DNA of 64,000 bases from Escherichia phage vB_EcoM-LTH02. The notes beneath the pieces are model-generated. The model saw nothing but the letters and a program-made list of their open reading frames with translations, did not search any database and was not told where the DNA came from. A program made the position numbers and the translations under genes. The stretch lies in sequence record PP430346, one strand, 5' to 3'. Of the stretch, positions 42,542 through 53,403 are shown one piece after another (the first letter of the stretch is position 1; each line of letters begins with the position of its first letter).

Positions 42542-44926
42542 ATGGCAGATTACAAATTGAGTGAATTAAACTCAATCGACACAATCCGTTCAGATGACCT
42601 TCTTCATGTCAGAGTTAAAAAGAGACCTGAAATGCTGGGTGATGAAGACCGTCGAATGACCTATCAAGATTTCTTAGCATCTTTTAAGCTTGAGAGATTT
42701 GTTCAGATTATTGGTAGTACCATGACGGGTGATTTAGGTATTGTTAAGTTACTTTATGGTGGTAAGACAGTATTTGACCCTACAGGCTCTTCTGAGATTA
42801 ATATTGGGGATGTTTTAAAGACTTTTAAAATTAACGCAAATGGTCTTAAGCTAACTATTGCAGATGCTTCAAGGTCGGCAACTGTTTATCATACCCTGAA
42901 TAAACCAAGTCCTAATGAGCTTGGGATGAGAACTAATGAAGAGAATGATGCAAGATACTCAAGATTAGCTGCAAATAACATCTTTACCTTCCAACAGGTT
43001 ATTCAAGCAAACGGTGAAGCCATTAGGTTAAAAAACTCTTCTGAGAACTCACCGCTGTATATTAGAGGTCAGGATAGCACTGGTGCTAATAGGTGGTATG
43101 TAGGTAATGGTTCAGGGAATGATGATGTTATTATCCACAACTACAAGACAGGTTGTGAAGTTAATCTGTCTAGTGTTGCTGCTATTAGCAAAACACTAAG
43201 AATCACTGGTCAAGTTCAACCATCTGACTTCTCTAACTTAGATGCTAGATATTTTACTCAGACAGTAGCTAATCAGAGATTTGCACAGTTAGCTGCTAAT
43301 AATAATTTTACTGGAACAAACACGTTTAGTAGAAACCTACTTATCATCAGTGACAGTGCTGCTTTAAGGTTGAAAAATACTGTAGCAAATGCTGCGCTAT
43401 ACGTTAAAGCCGAAGCTAATGATGGTTCTGGTAAGTGGTATGTAGGAAATGGTGATAATACATCTGCTGTATTCCTCAGCAACTATGTATATGGTTCTTA
43501 TCTTAGACTTGACAATGGACATGTCGCAGTCAACCAGAACTTCAGAATCACTGGTCAAGTTCAACCTTCAGATTGGGCTAACATTGACTCTAGATACATC
43601 CCAGCCGCAACTTTGAGTAACCTACCTAAACTTAATGTTGCTAACACATTTGTGAATGTGCAAACTATTGTATCAAATAATGAAGGCGTAGTATTGAGGA
43701 ACTTAACACAGGGACAGCCACAATATATCCGTGGTGTTGATACTGCGAATGTATCTAGGTGGTGGGTAGGTGTTGGTGGCACAAATTCTACTGATGTAGC
43801 ATTAAACAACAGCTACTCTGGGACTCAAATTACTCTTATGTCCTCAGCGATTAAAGCTAATAAGAATCTAACCATTACTGGTCAAGTACAACCATCTGAT
43901 TGGTCTAACTTAGATGCTAGATACTTTGTTAAGACTCAGTTATTAAATCAATCCTTGATGACTGTATCTGTAGATAATCTTGAAAACCCTTCAGCATTTA
44001 ATCTTGGGTATTCAGGTTTTGTCAGAAACAACAGTGTGACTAGTGGTCTGAAAGAGTTGGCAATTCATGTTGCTCACTCTAATAAGTCTGCTGCACACGC
44101 AAGGGGTATCTCTTTTGTATACGGTTCAAACGGTTTGGCAACATTCACCTATGCCTATGACAAAAATGGTGACTATGCCGGAGAGGCACAGCTTTACACA
44201 ACTGATTTTAAACCAACCCCTTCAGATATCGGTGCATACACTAAAGCTGAGACTGACCAGAAGATTGCACAGGCAGTAAGTGACTCTACAGACCTTAATA
44301 AAATCTACCCAGTTGGTATTGTAACGTGGTTTAACAGTAATGTTAACCCTAACACAGCGTTGCCTGGGTTAACTTGGACGTACCTGAACAATGGTGTTGG
44401 TAGAACTATCAGAATCGCAGCAGCAAACGGTTCAGATGTTGCTACAACTGGTGGTTCAGACTCTGTAACTTTAGCTGTTGGTAACTTACCATCACACACT
44501 CACAGTTTCTCTGCTACCACTTCATCTTTTGATTATGGTACGAAGGGCACTAATAGTACTGGTGGTCATACTCACTCTGTAAGTGGTACAACAAGTGCTG
44601 CTGGTAACCACGCTCACCACTTAGGTCTGCTATTGGTTAATGGTGGTGATGCTTTGTACGGATATACAACAGTTGGTAACAGCCTCCCTAGAACGCTTGA
44701 CTGGCTTGATAGAAGAGATAACAAGTTCCCTAACACTAACACAACTGGTAACCATACACACACATGGTCTGGTACTACAAGCGGTGCTGGCGACCATTCC
44801 CACTCTGTAGGTATTGGTGCTCACAGCCACACAGTTAGTGGTAACACTGGTAGTACAGGTTCTGGTTCGGCATTTAGTGTTACTAACCAGTTCTACAAGT
44901 TAATGGCTTGGGTAAGAACTGCTTAA
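42542..44926 (+). CDS. long tail fiber protein with three internal repeats and C-terminal HxH repeat domain
   Basis: Three roughly 110-aa repeats each ending ITGQVQPSD(F/W)(S/A)N(L/I)D(A/S)RY (DNA at about 43204, 43548, 43873); C-terminus [50 protein letters not shown], ending [11 protein letters not shown]. Confidence 0.7.
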   Translation: MADYKLSELNSIDTIRSDDLLHVRVKKRPEMLGDEDRRMTYQDFLASFKLERFVQIIGSTMTGDLGIVKLLYGGKTVFDPTGSSEINIGDVLKTFKINANGLKLTIADASRSATVYHTLNKPSPNELGMRTNEENDARYSRLAANNIFTFQQVIQANGEAIRLKNSSENSPLYIRGQDSTGANRWYVGNGSGNDDVIIHNYKTGCEVNLSSVAAISKTLRITGQVQPSDFSNLDARYFTQTVANQRFAQLAANNNFTGTNTFSRNLLIISDSAALRLKNTVANAALYVKAEANDGSGKWYVGNGDNTSAVFLSNYVYGSYLRLDNGHVAVNQNFRITGQVQPSDWANIDSRYIPAATLSNLPKLNVANTFVNVQTIVSNNEGVVLRNLTQGQPQYIRGVDTANVSRWWVGVGGTNSTDVALNNSYSGTQITLMSSAIKANKNLTITGQVQPSDWSNLDARYFVKTQLLNQSLMTVSVDNLENPSAFNLGYSGFVRNNSVTSGLKELAIHVAHSNKSAAHARGISFVYGSNGLATFTYAYDKNGDYAGEAQLYTTDFKPTPSDIGAYTKAETDQKIAQAVSDSTDLNKIYPVGIVTWFNSNVNPNTALPGLTWTYLNNGVGRTIRIAAANGSDVATTGGSDSVTLAVGNLPSHTHSFSATTSSFDYGTKGTNSTGGHTHSVSGTTSAAGNHAHHLGLLLVNGGDALYGYTTVGNSLPRTLDWLDRRDNKFPNTNTTGNHTHTWSGTTSGAGDHSHSVGIGAHSHTVSGNTGSTGSGSAFSVTNQFYKLMAWVRTA

Positions 44927-45005
44927 TCCCTTGTTGACTGATTGTCAAGATGGTGTTAATATTTTTTATGGGTATTCTCACCATCTTGGCTGATGAGGTG
45001 ATTAA

Positions 45006-45203
45006 ATGCCTACAATCCTAGCAATTCTTCTAAAAAATCTAGGTAGCTTCTTCTGGAAACTCATTTTATCCCTTCTAAGTGAATACATGATTGAGAAAGT
45101 GTTCTTTAGGCTTGCAAGATACCTTGCGAGTAAAACAGACACACCTATTGATGATGAGTTCGTAGATAACTTAGAAAAAGCTTTTAAGGGGGAGAATAAA
45201 TGA
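45006..45203 (+). CDS. hypothetical small membrane protein (65 aa)
   Basis: Hydrophobic N-terminus PTILAILLKNLGSFFWKLILSLL. Confidence 0.4.
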   Translation: MPTILAILLKNLGSFFWKLILSLLSEYMIEKVFFRLARYLASKTDTPIDDEFVDNLEKAFKGENK

Positions 45204-45571
45204 AGTGGCTAGAGGAAGCTTTTAAAAATAATATTGGTGCAATTGTAGTTGGTATTTTTAGTGTTATTGGGATGTATACCACCATGCAAGTCTCGGATGG
45301 TAAGCAAGAAGTGTCTATCACAACAAAGTTACAGCAGTTAGATAATTATTCCAAAAGTAATTATTCAGCTATTCGTGATTTACAGTCTGATATGAGGCTG
45401 CTTCAGCTAGGGATGGAGAACCAGAAAGTCCAGTTAGAGAATGTTAAGGGTGAGAACGCAAAACTTACTAAGACTCTTGATAAATTCTCTGATAGTGTGA
45501 ACAATCTGGCTCAATCAGTATCAGCCCTCCAAGCTATTACTGAAAAGAACACAAAGAATACTGAAAAGTAA
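45200..45571 (+). CDS. hypothetical membrane-anchored coiled-coil protein (123 aa)
   Basis: TM segment IGAIVVGIFSVIGMYTT then coiled-coil region. Confidence 0.45.
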   Translation: MKWLEEAFKNNIGAIVVGIFSVIGMYTTMQVSDGKQEVSITTKLQQLDNYSKSNYSAIRDLQSDMRLLQLGMENQKVQLENVKGENAKLTKTLDKFSDSVNNLAQSVSALQAITEKNTKNTEK

Positions 45572-45576
45572 AGTTT

Positions 45577-45605
45577 AAGGCTCCTTTTTACGGGAGCCTT
45601 TTTTG
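45577..45605. terminator. bidirectional intrinsic terminator between convergent genes
   Basis: AAGGCTCC-TTTTTACG-GGAGCCTT followed by TTTTG. Confidence 0.6.
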
Positions 45606-45607
45606 TT

Positions 45608-46507
45608 TTATTTACCTACTGACAAAGGTGCTTCAATCTTTCCTGCATGTTGGTAATTGTTAATACCACCGATAAAGTCACTTGCAGTGAGATGTTTTAA
45701 GTCACTTAAAGTGTTAAGCTGTAAACCAATCTCAAAAGTCGGTGCATGAAACTCTTCATTGTTCATCAGTTCATAAACCTGCTTCATATGATTCTGATAA
45801 ATCTGAGTATCTCCAAAAACACCTATCAAGTACCGTGGAGTGTATCCAGTCATCTTACAAAGAACTTCCAGAATAAATCCATAAGATGCAATATTAAACG
45901 GAAGTCCTAAAAAGGTGTCTACAGAACGCTGATACCATTGTAAGTCAACTTCACCCTCGTTAGTGATATAAATCTGAAACAGAACATGACAAGGTGCTAG
46001 AGCCATTGAGTTTGCTGCAATATCTGCTGCATTCCAAGCATTAACAAGCATGTAACGGTCTGTGATATCACCCTTCATCTTCGTTACTAAGGTCTCTAAC
46101 TGGTCTACAACACAGCCGTTATGACCTTCAAAGTTTCTCCACTGAACCCCATAAATCCTTCCACCTGCATCTTCTAACCAATCTTGCTCAGAAGAGTAAT
46201 TAGAGCTTAACCAGCGTTTAAAATCATCTGACCAGATTGTCCAACGTTCACCATCATTTTCACCCCAAGTACGGTAACGGAGTTCACCAAGCTTATTCTC
46301 ACCGTTCAGGAACCATAAAGCTTCCCCAATAACTTGCCGTGTAAACACCTGTTTAGATGTTAAGAGAGGGAAACCAGTTCGCATATCAAAACGAAACTGA
46401 GGTGGAGCAAATGCAGAGATAACATCTCCAGTTCGTGTAGTACGCAGTTCACCAACTGATAAAACATGGTTCAGGATATTTTTGTAACTTGAATCTGCTT
46501 GTGACAT
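45608..46507 (-). CDS. thyA: thymidylate synthase
   Basis: Active-site region ALAPCHVLFQIYI and DTFLGLPFNIASYGFIL match conserved ThyA motifs. Confidence 0.9.
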   Translation of the reverse strand: MSQADSSYKNILNHVLSVGELRTTRTGDVISAFAPPQFRFDMRTGFPLLTSKQVFTRQVIGEALWFLNGENKLGELRYRTWGENDGERWTIWSDDFKRWLSSNYSSEQDWLEDAGGRIYGVQWRNFEGHNGCVVDQLETLVTKMKGDITDRYMLVNAWNAADIAANSMALAPCHVLFQIYITNEGEVDLQWYQRSVDTFLGLPFNIASYGFILEVLCKMTGYTPRYLIGVFGDTQIYQNHMKQVYELMNNEEFHAPTFEIGLQLNTLSDLKHLTASDFIGGINNYQHAGKIEAPLSVGK

Positions 46508-46508
46508 A

Positions 46509-47054
46509 TCAAAAGTGTCCTTTTACTTGTGGAACATAAATTTCAAAAGTTGCTTTACCATCCTCTGATGGTTTTGATTGTACCTTTGTAAATACACGGT
46601 TATCATACAGCTTCTCAAAGAAGTTTTCAAAAGGTAAATGCACAGTGGCCTCTTCAGTAACTTTATGGAAAACTGTATGGAACACCACACCAGCATACGG
46701 TAAAGCATTGACAAGGACACCTGCACCACCAATTACAAAGACATCTTCATCAATAGAGCTATCAAGATACTTCAAAAATGCTCCAAATGAATCTTTACTG
46801 GCTTTAGCATACATTACATCATCTTTGCCAAAGTCTATACCTAAGTATGGTACAGAATTTGTTAAGATGAGGTTTGCACGTTCTGGTAAAGGTTTACTAC
46901 CCAGAGTCTTAAAAGTCTCATTACCCATCACTACTAAGTTATTTTTAGTGAGTCTCTTAAACTCTTGCATATCCTGTTTATGTCGAGGCCACGGCATACC
47001 AGTTGGAGTACCAAACTCACCATTTTCACCACTTGCAAAGATTAATTTAATCAT
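46509..47054 (-). CDS. folA: dihydrofolate reductase
   Basis: N-terminal MIKLIFASGENGEFGTPTGMPWP, MGNETFKTLG and VIGGAGV motifs; adjacent to thyA. Confidence 0.8.
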   Translation of the reverse strand: MIKLIFASGENGEFGTPTGMPWPRHKQDMQEFKRLTKNNLVVMGNETFKTLGSKPLPERANLILTNSVPYLGIDFGKDDVMYAKASKDSFGAFLKYLDSSIDEDVFVIGGAGVLVNALPYAGVVFHTVFHKVTEEATVHLPFENFFEKLYDNRVFTKVQSKPSEDGKATFEIYVPQVKGHF

Positions 47055-47311
47055 TTTGTAAACCCTCTCTTAATGAACCAGTTGATAACAGTCTTCACAG
47101 CTTTATTGCTATGATAGATTAAGTGTGGTGTAGGTTGGTATGAACCATAAGCCCAGAATGATAGGTGCTCACCACAACCAACACATGTAGTACTCTCTTC
47201 AGCTATATGACCATTAACAATCATATGAACTTCACCTTGTAAGTCTGTACATCCACAATGTGGACAACGAATGGGTGTTCCATCAGACTCATAGCAGTGT
47301 TCAATTTTCAT
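47051..47311 (-). CDS. zinc-ribbon protein (86 aa)
   Basis: CPHCGC...CVGCGEH four-cysteine motif. Confidence 0.5.
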   Translation of the reverse strand: MKIEHCYESDGTPIRCPHCGCTDLQGEVHMIVNGHIAEESTTCVGCGEHLSFWAYGSYQPTPHLIYHSNKAVKTVINWFIKRGFTK

Positions 47312-47827
47312 TTATTTAACCTCAAAAACTGGTTCAAGAACCAATATAAAGTCTACACAGTCATCTTCTTCATCCAGAATACCATCAAAGTTCTTAGGAA
47401 CGAAGTCGAAGAGGCTCATAACAAAGCAGTCAGAAGTAACTCTAATAGTGCCTCCCATATTCTCTACAGTCAACACTGTACGACTTTCTTTTACCTCTCT
47501 CAGAAGATTACTCACAAAGTCATCTAAGAAGTACTTCATCAGTGACTTAAAACCTTTAGGGTAATCTGTACCAGAGTATGTTTCAATCTGAGGTACAAGC
47601 TTAACATTTATACTAGTCTTTGCTAAGAACGTGCTAGAGAACATACTATCAGGTAACTTGCAAACAGTCTTTCCAGTGCCTTCATGCTCAATCTCAACAA
47701 AACCAGCTTCATCACCACACGTAACTATTTTAAAAGATGCTTCATTCTCATACTGTGAAGCCATGAACTTTTTAAGCATCACTTTAAGGAAATCTGCATG
47801 AGCATCTTGTAAGTAGATATCAATCAT
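47312..47827 (-). CDS. hypothetical protein (171 aa)
   Basis: ORF track; ATG start. Confidence 0.5.
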   Translation of the reverse strand: MIDIYLQDAHADFLKVMLKKFMASQYENEASFKIVTCGDEAGFVEIEHEGTGKTVCKLPDSMFSSTFLAKTSINVKLVPQIETYSGTDYPKGFKSLMKYFLDDFVSNLLREVKESRTVLTVENMGGTIRVTSDCFVMSLFDFVPKNFDGILDEEDDCVDFILVLEPVFEVK

Positions 47828-47840
47828 AATTCATCACCTA

Positions 47841-48200
47841 TTATGGGAACAGACACTTGATGTCATCATTTTTGAAAACAAAGCTTGTGTAGTTGTGACC
47901 GTCAACATCCAACCAAACAGCCTGAACATCTACACCATCAAGATTCTGGTAAAGCTCTTTGATGAAGTGGTCTTTCACAATCTGACTGCTAGTTGTTTCC
48001 AGCTTAATGTTTGAGATTGCTGAACCTACAGCCATATAACCCATGACGCGTTTCTTCTCAGTATGCTTAATCTTACCATCTTTGTAGGCCATAATGAGAT
48101 TGGAAAGAATCTTCACACCATAATACTTTTCAAGGTGAGTTGGTACACCATAAAAGCCTAATGCGAAGTTTTCAGAGTGGATAATGTTTTCACGTTTCAT
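47841..48200 (-). CDS. hypothetical protein (119 aa)
   Basis: ORF track; ATG start. Confidence 0.5.
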   Translation of the reverse strand: MKRENIIHSENFALGFYGVPTHLEKYYGVKILSNLIMAYKDGKIKHTEKKRVMGYMAVGSAISNIKLETTSSQIVKDHFIKELYQNLDGVDVQAVWLDVDGHNYTSFVFKNDDIKCLFP

Positions 48201-48201
48201 A

Positions 48202-48501
48202 TTAATCTGCCAACCTTAAATTAAAATTAACACCAAATTTTTCACATACTTCCAACATAAACTCAAGAGAGACATTACCAGTGAGGTTGATTATGTTGGA
48301 TACACGAGCCTGAGAGATACCACAAATTTTAGCAACTTGCTCTTGAGAAAGACCTCTGGATTTAATCTCTCTCTTAAAACGATGTGCAACGAAGTCTCTC
48401 ATTTCGTCTACATCCATTGGACAAATATAACTCTCCATTTCAGCCTCTCTGTCAGCCTCCCAATCATCTTGTGGAGCATAAGGGTCAAAAACCTCATTCA
48501 T
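48202..48501 (-). CDS. helix-turn-helix (XRE-like) DNA-binding protein
   Basis: LSQEQVAKICGISQARVSNIINL helix-turn-helix; track start is TTG at 48531, moved to ATG at 48501 with SD GGAAGAAG. Confidence 0.6.
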   Translation of the reverse strand: MNEVFDPYAPQDDWEADREAEMESYICPMDVDEMRDFVAHRFKREIKSRGLSQEQVAKICGISQARVSNIINLTGNVSLEFMLEVCEKFGVNFNLRLAD

Positions 48502-48706
48502 CTTTCTTCTTCCGTTTTCGTGAAGTGTCAATCAATGAATCTATGTTTGTAGCCCTAACCTTTTCACGTTCATCGTTAAGATAATCATCAAGAGCCTTTT
48601 CAATCTGTGAATCATCTTGACAGATAACTGTAAAGACTGTAAAGCCGTCTGTATCGTCAATTATCTTACCATAACCGCTTCTGGGATGTAACTTTTTAAG
48701 AGCCAT
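48494..48706 (-). CDS. hypothetical small protein (70 aa) directly upstream of the HTH gene
   Basis: ORF track; ATG start; 3' end overlaps the HTH gene start. Confidence 0.45.
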   Translation of the reverse strand: MALKKLHPRSGYGKIIDDTDGFTVFTVICQDDSQIEKALDDYLNDEREKVRATNIDSLIDTSRKRKKKDE

Positions 48707-48707
48707 A

Positions 48708-49091
48708 TCAAATACCTGTGCAGCTTCTGTTTTCTAAGAAATACTCAACACCATACATAGCTTTTTGCATCAAATCTTCTTTAAACTGAATACGATGATT
48801 GAGCATAGCCTGTACATCAATATCATCAGGGTGCTTCTCTTTAATATTTGCAGATTGCAGGAAATACTCTGCAAGAACACGATACTGATAGTCAGTTACC
48901 TTATCAGTCATCTCTGTTAAAGACTCTTCAGAGATTGGTTTAAGTAACTCACCATTAGCTAGAGCAACACCTTTAACAATCTGGCAAGTATCTTCTGGAA
49001 CACCTGATAAGTCCACATTTGGAAGTTCTGTTGCATTGACTGGTAAATTCATTGCCATAACCATTGCAGCAGCTAATAAAATCTTTTTCAT
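48708..49091 (-). CDS. secreted/periplasmic protein with N-terminal signal peptide
   Basis: MKKILLAAAMVMAMNLPVNATE has signal-peptide character (basic n-region, hydrophobic core, A-x-A-like site). Confidence 0.55.
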   Translation of the reverse strand: MKKILLAAAMVMAMNLPVNATELPNVDLSGVPEDTCQIVKGVALANGELLKPISEESLTEMTDKVTDYQYRVLAEYFLQSANIKEKHPDDIDVQAMLNHRIQFKEDLMQKAMYGVEYFLENRSCTGI

Positions 49092-49612
49092 AATGACCTC
49101 AAAGTTATATTAAATTTTGTATTACGTTGAGTATAAAAATAAGCTATAACACCTGACTTGTCAACAGATTTTATAGCTTATTTTGGCAGATTTTTTTATA
49201 AGGCTACTGCCATCCTTCCATACATTACCTTACCACACCCTACCATACCTAACCAAACTACACCATACAATACCTTGTTAAAAGACCTTGTTTAAATGCC
49301 TTTTAAAAAGGTAAGTCTCATTTTAATGTAGCTGAGACTAACTACCCATACATTACCTTACCATACCAGACCTCACCCTACCTTAACTTACCTTACTCTA
49401 TCCTACCAAACACCACTTAAAAACCCTCTTAGAAGACTCTTAAGTGATGTAATCGGATTTTTATGTAGCTCCGATTAACTACCCATACCAAGCCTAACCT
49501 GACCGCACCAAACTTTACAACACCACACCATACCTGACCATACCAAACCTCATTAAAAGACCCTCTTAAAGACCTTTTAAAAAGGAGCCTCCGAAGAGGC
49601 TACCTAGTCAAC
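49092..49612. repeat. repeat-rich intergenic region R1 (three modules)
   Basis: Plus-strand CCATAC/CCTTACC pyrimidine tracts, each followed by a hairpin with conserved loop (minus-strand GCTACAT(T/A)AAAA); modules shared with R2, e.g. TTGGCAGATTTTTTTATAAGGCTACTGCCATCC at about 49186 and 50718. Confidence 0.6.
49576..49601 (-). terminator. intrinsic terminator downstream of gene 49613..50053
   Basis: AGCCTC-CGAA-GAGGCT hairpin followed on the minus strand by TTTTT. Confidence 0.5.
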
Positions 49613-50053
49613 TTAGAAAGGCTTTCTACGTTGCTTGTTAATGTTAGCTTTCATAGCAGCTAAGTGGTTTTGCTGTTCAATTAGTCGTGAACGTTCTTGG
49701 TGGCTAAGTGCCATAGTGTTCACATTCTCAATCGCTTGAGTGGCTTGCTTTAAAGCACGACCAATCTTACCAGACATTTTACGTTTTGCAATAGTTGCTT
49801 GATGTTTAGGTTCAACCACACGATAACCAACACCCATTGAAGCAACCAGATAAATCTTCTCTTCTTTAAGAAGTTTTTCAATGAACTTCTCAAGCCGGTT
49901 TAGACGTGTAAGCGCATAAGCCTTCATCTCATCTTCGTACTTAACAATGTCGCCTTGATAAGTTGGCTTCACAATACCTAAGAAGGTATCCATCTCAGAG
50001 TGTGATACAGTGTCACCGTAACTAAACTTTGCTGCTAATGCTTTTGTATTCAT
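49613..50053 (-). CDS. hypothetical protein (146 aa)
   Basis: ORF track; ATG start; flanked by R1 and R2 together with 50056..50643. Confidence 0.5.
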   Translation of the reverse strand: MNTKALAAKFSYGDTVSHSEMDTFLGIVKPTYQGDIVKYEDEMKAYALTRLNRLEKFIEKLLKEEKIYLVASMGVGYRVVEPKHQATIAKRKMSGKIGRALKQATQAIENVNTMALSHQERSRLIEQQNHLAAMKANINKQRRKPF

Positions 50054-50055
50054 AA

Positions 50056-50661
<606 letters not shown>

Positions 50662-50856
50662 TTAGTTGATTGTTAAGTTGTTTGTAAAGAACCCTCAACA
50701 GAAGACTCTTTAGAAACTTGGCAGATTTTTTTATAAGGCTACTGCCATCCTTCCATACATTACCAAACAGTACTGTGCCACAACACACCATACCCAACCC
50801 CACCTAACTCTACCACACCTCATTAAAAGACCTTGTTTAAAGACCTTTTAAAAAGG

Positions 50857-51058
50857 TAAGTCTCATTTTAATGTAGCTGAGACTAACTACCCTTACCAGA
50901 CCTAGCCTTGCCTTACCATACCGTACTTTACCTTACCGTACCGTACTTTACCCTACCGTACCGGACAATACTTAACCCGACCTCGCCCTACCGGACATCA
51001 CTTAAAAACCCTCTTAGAAAGACTCTTAAGTGATGCTGGTGAGTACCCGTTGGTTTAT
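50857..51058 (-). ncRNA. candidate G/U-rich small RNA (promoter-to-terminator unit without ORF)
   Basis: Minus-strand transcript would carry GGTA(A/C)GG repeats and end in hairpin AGTCTC-AGCTACATTAAAAT-GAGACT followed by TTTTT; longest ORF is 8 codons. Confidence 0.4.
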
Positions 51059-51065
51059 GCTGCTC

Positions 51066-51094
51066 AGTATACTCACCAAATTTTCTATGTCAAC
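51066..51094 (-). promoter_or_regulatory. minus-strand promoter (TTGACA-17-TATACT)
   Basis: Reverse complement of 51089-51094 is TTGACA; 17-nt spacer; reverse complement of 51066-51071 is TATACT. Confidence 0.6.
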
Positions 51095-51100
51095 AACTTT

Positions 51101-52201
51101 TTATTCGTAGTCTCGAATAACTAACCCAACAGGGAACTGTAAAGAACCTTTACGAGTCATCTTCTGGAACTGAACCGTCAAAGGTTTCCCGATAAACTCT
51201 TCAGGATGTTCAGCAAGATACTGTTTCTTCTCATGAGTAGTCTTCCATGAGACATCCACAAAGACGTTAGGAAGAGTCTCTACAACAAACTTGCCATGAC
51301 CACGCTTATCAGTCTTTACACCAGTCACTTTAAACTCTTCAGTGTGCATCTTCTTGTGCTTAATCAAGAAGTATGAACGGTGACAACACTCATAGAAGGA
51401 GTCTTCAGAGATTGAACGGTACATTGCACCTTCAAACTTAGCTTCAACCCACTTATCATGAGCTTCATCAAACTCTTCCCAAGAATTTACACGACGAGAC
51501 TTAACAGGGACAACTTTGCAGCCATCTCTAAAGTCATTCAATGGTGAAGTCTCAATAATATCTCTACGCTCAGGCCACGTTTTAGTACTGTCACAGATAT
51601 CATACCAGTAGAACTGGAGTAGATGTCGGTCTGGATTGTCAGCATTCTTAATCATAGACACAATATCTTCTAAGTCCCAACCATGAGCATAAATCTCACC
51701 ATCAAAATCTTCGACCTGTGGATGCAATTTAAGCAACAAAAGTAAATCTGGGATTAGTTCTGCTGGGACGTTGTAAACAGTATTCTCACGAGAATAAGCC
51801 GTGAAGCTAACTGAATCAGCATCCCTTGAAATTCTACAACGGACACCATCAAGTTTTGGTTGAGCATCAGCAGGGAACTTCAAATACTTTGCATGACTAA
51901 CCTTTGCAGCATCATGAGCAAGCTGTACACCTACCTTTTCAGTGTTCTGTGCAGACTCTTTTGTGTAAGCATAACCTTTACGGTCAACTTGCTTTTTATA
52001 CTTAGCAGCAACTTCAAAGAGAGCTTGCTGTTCAGCATTACGCCCATTCTTTTTACCGATGTTCTTCGGTTCTGCTGTATACTCTTCAAACATCATCTTG
52101 CCATTTTCTTTACCGTAGGTTGTAATAACTTTGTCACCTACAGCAACGCATGACCAGACGTTAAAAGAGCCGTCTTTATTTTGTTTGTACAGTATTGTCA
52201 T
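51101..52201 (-). CDS. ATP-dependent DNA ligase
   Basis: Motif I KLDGVRC (K-x-D-G-x-R adenylation motif); start moved from 52237 to ATG at 52201 (SD GAGGAA; avoids overlap with upstream ORF). Confidence 0.75.
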   Translation of the reverse strand: MTILYKQNKDGSFNVWSCVAVGDKVITTYGKENGKMMFEEYTAEPKNIGKKNGRNAEQQALFEVAAKYKKQVDRKGYAYTKESAQNTEKVGVQLAHDAAKVSHAKYLKFPADAQPKLDGVRCRISRDADSVSFTAYSRENTVYNVPAELIPDLLLLLKLHPQVEDFDGEIYAHGWDLEDIVSMIKNADNPDRHLLQFYWYDICDSTKTWPERRDIIETSPLNDFRDGCKVVPVKSRRVNSWEEFDEAHDKWVEAKFEGAMYRSISEDSFYECCHRSYFLIKHKKMHTEEFKVTGVKTDKRGHGKFVVETLPNVFVDVSWKTTHEKKQYLAEHPEEFIGKPLTVQFQKMTRKGSLQFPVGLVIRDYE

Positions 52202-52202
52202 T

Positions 52203-52394
52203 TTATTCCTCTGAGTGATACCAAGTATTGCAAGCATTACATGCGTAAAGCTCTAAGTCATTTTTATCTGGTTTATGAAAACAGTTTGCTCCGCAGTGGC
52301 AACGAAACGGCTTTCCACCAACTGTCAGGATGAAGGATTGAACCTTTCCATCAGGAGTCCGTACAGCATTTTTATGCTTGTCTTCTTTATTCAT
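52203..52394 (-). CDS. zinc-finger protein (63 aa)
   Basis: CHCGANC...CNACNTWYH cysteine/histidine cluster. Confidence 0.45.
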   Translation of the reverse strand: MNKEDKHKNAVRTPDGKVQSFILTVGGKPFRCHCGANCFHKPDKNDLELYACNACNTWYHSEE

Positions 52395-52550
52395 TTGTGA
52401 TATTGCCTTTGTCAGATTTCATATAGGACATGTTACTATGCCTTTTAATAAAATGTACAACGCATTTTGGTGTATCTTTTGTGTCTTTGATGTGCAATCT
52501 ATCGAAACTGTGTACTGTGAAGGTTGCATCTGTCATTGTTTGCTTAGGTT

Positions 52551-52757
52551 TCATTTTCTCTTACCACCAATCTCTACGTCAATAACTTGAACATCACCAG
52601 CAACATCAAACTTATGAATGATGCTTTCCACAGTGTAAGTCCAACCCTCGATTCGAACCAACTCACCTTCTCGTGGGACGATTGGGTTACGTTGGGCTAC
52701 CGTTGTAGTGGAGTGAACAGTATCATAACAGTAGATATAGTTTACTAGAACTTCCAT
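52551..52757 (-). CDS. hypothetical protein (68 aa)
   Basis: ORF track 52551..52856 overlaps the lipoprotein gene; start moved to ATG at 52757 with SD GAGGTG. Confidence 0.4.
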   Translation of the reverse strand: MEVLVNYIYCYDTVHSTTTVAQRNPIVPREGELVRIEGWTYTVESIIHKFDVAGDVQVIDVEIGGKRK

Positions 52758-52767
52758 CTTGAACACC

Positions 52768-53004
52768 TCACTCAATAACAGTAGTGTGTGATTGACCATT
52801 TTTACCATAGCTATAAGATGTTGTTGTTTGAGAGTTTGGACATCTGACAACAACAATGTCTCTGCTTATGGCATCACCATGTAACTTATAGACTTTGCAA
52901 TCTTGCATCTCTGGTGGGAGGCTATAAGAAGCGTTTTTGTCCTCGTAAGAGGGATTACAGCCAGATAGAAAGATAACACTAAGCACAATTACTGCTTTCC
53001 ACAT
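52768..53004 (-). CDS. small lipoprotein (78 aa precursor)
   Basis: Track start is GTG at 53028; ATG at 53004 with SD AGGAGA gives MWKAVIVLSVIFLSGC, a signal peptide with lipobox L-S-G-C; mature part has 3 more Cys. Confidence 0.55.
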   Translation of the reverse strand: MWKAVIVLSVIFLSGCNPSYEDKNASYSLPPEMQDCKVYKLHGDAISRDIVVVRCPNSQTTTSYSYGKNGQSHTTVIE

Positions 53005-53190
53005 AATACTTCTCCTGTTACTGTTCACGATGTTCTACTTCTCTGTACGTTCGTCGATAGTTTATAATAAGCTGTGCTAACTCGTTGCTTTTAACATCTG
53101 AACGTAGGAGTTGCCAATCAAAACCTTTACCGACTCTTCCATATAAACTAAAGAATTTTAGTTTGCGTTTCATTTTGGTATCTCCAATAC

Positions 53191-53403
53191 TCAGATGTCA
53201 ATGCTAATACGTTCACCCTTAAGGACTCCTGTACGGTCCCTTGCAATCTTACCGTCAACAATAAGGATATGTGCAGACCTTAAAGATTCGCCATTAAAAG
53301 CTTTTACGAACTTACAAGGCATTACCACAATAGACATCTCCTGAATCAACTCTGGAGTATAGCAATTGTCGTGAAGTTGCTGAATAACGTCTGCAAGTGT
53401 CAT
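53191..53403 (-). CDS. hypothetical protein (70 aa)
   Basis: Track start TTG; moved to ATG at 53403 with SD GGAGA. Confidence 0.4.
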   Translation of the reverse strand: MTLADVIQQLHDNCYTPELIQEMSIVVMPCKFVKAFNGESLRSAHILIVDGKIARDRTGVLKGERISIDI

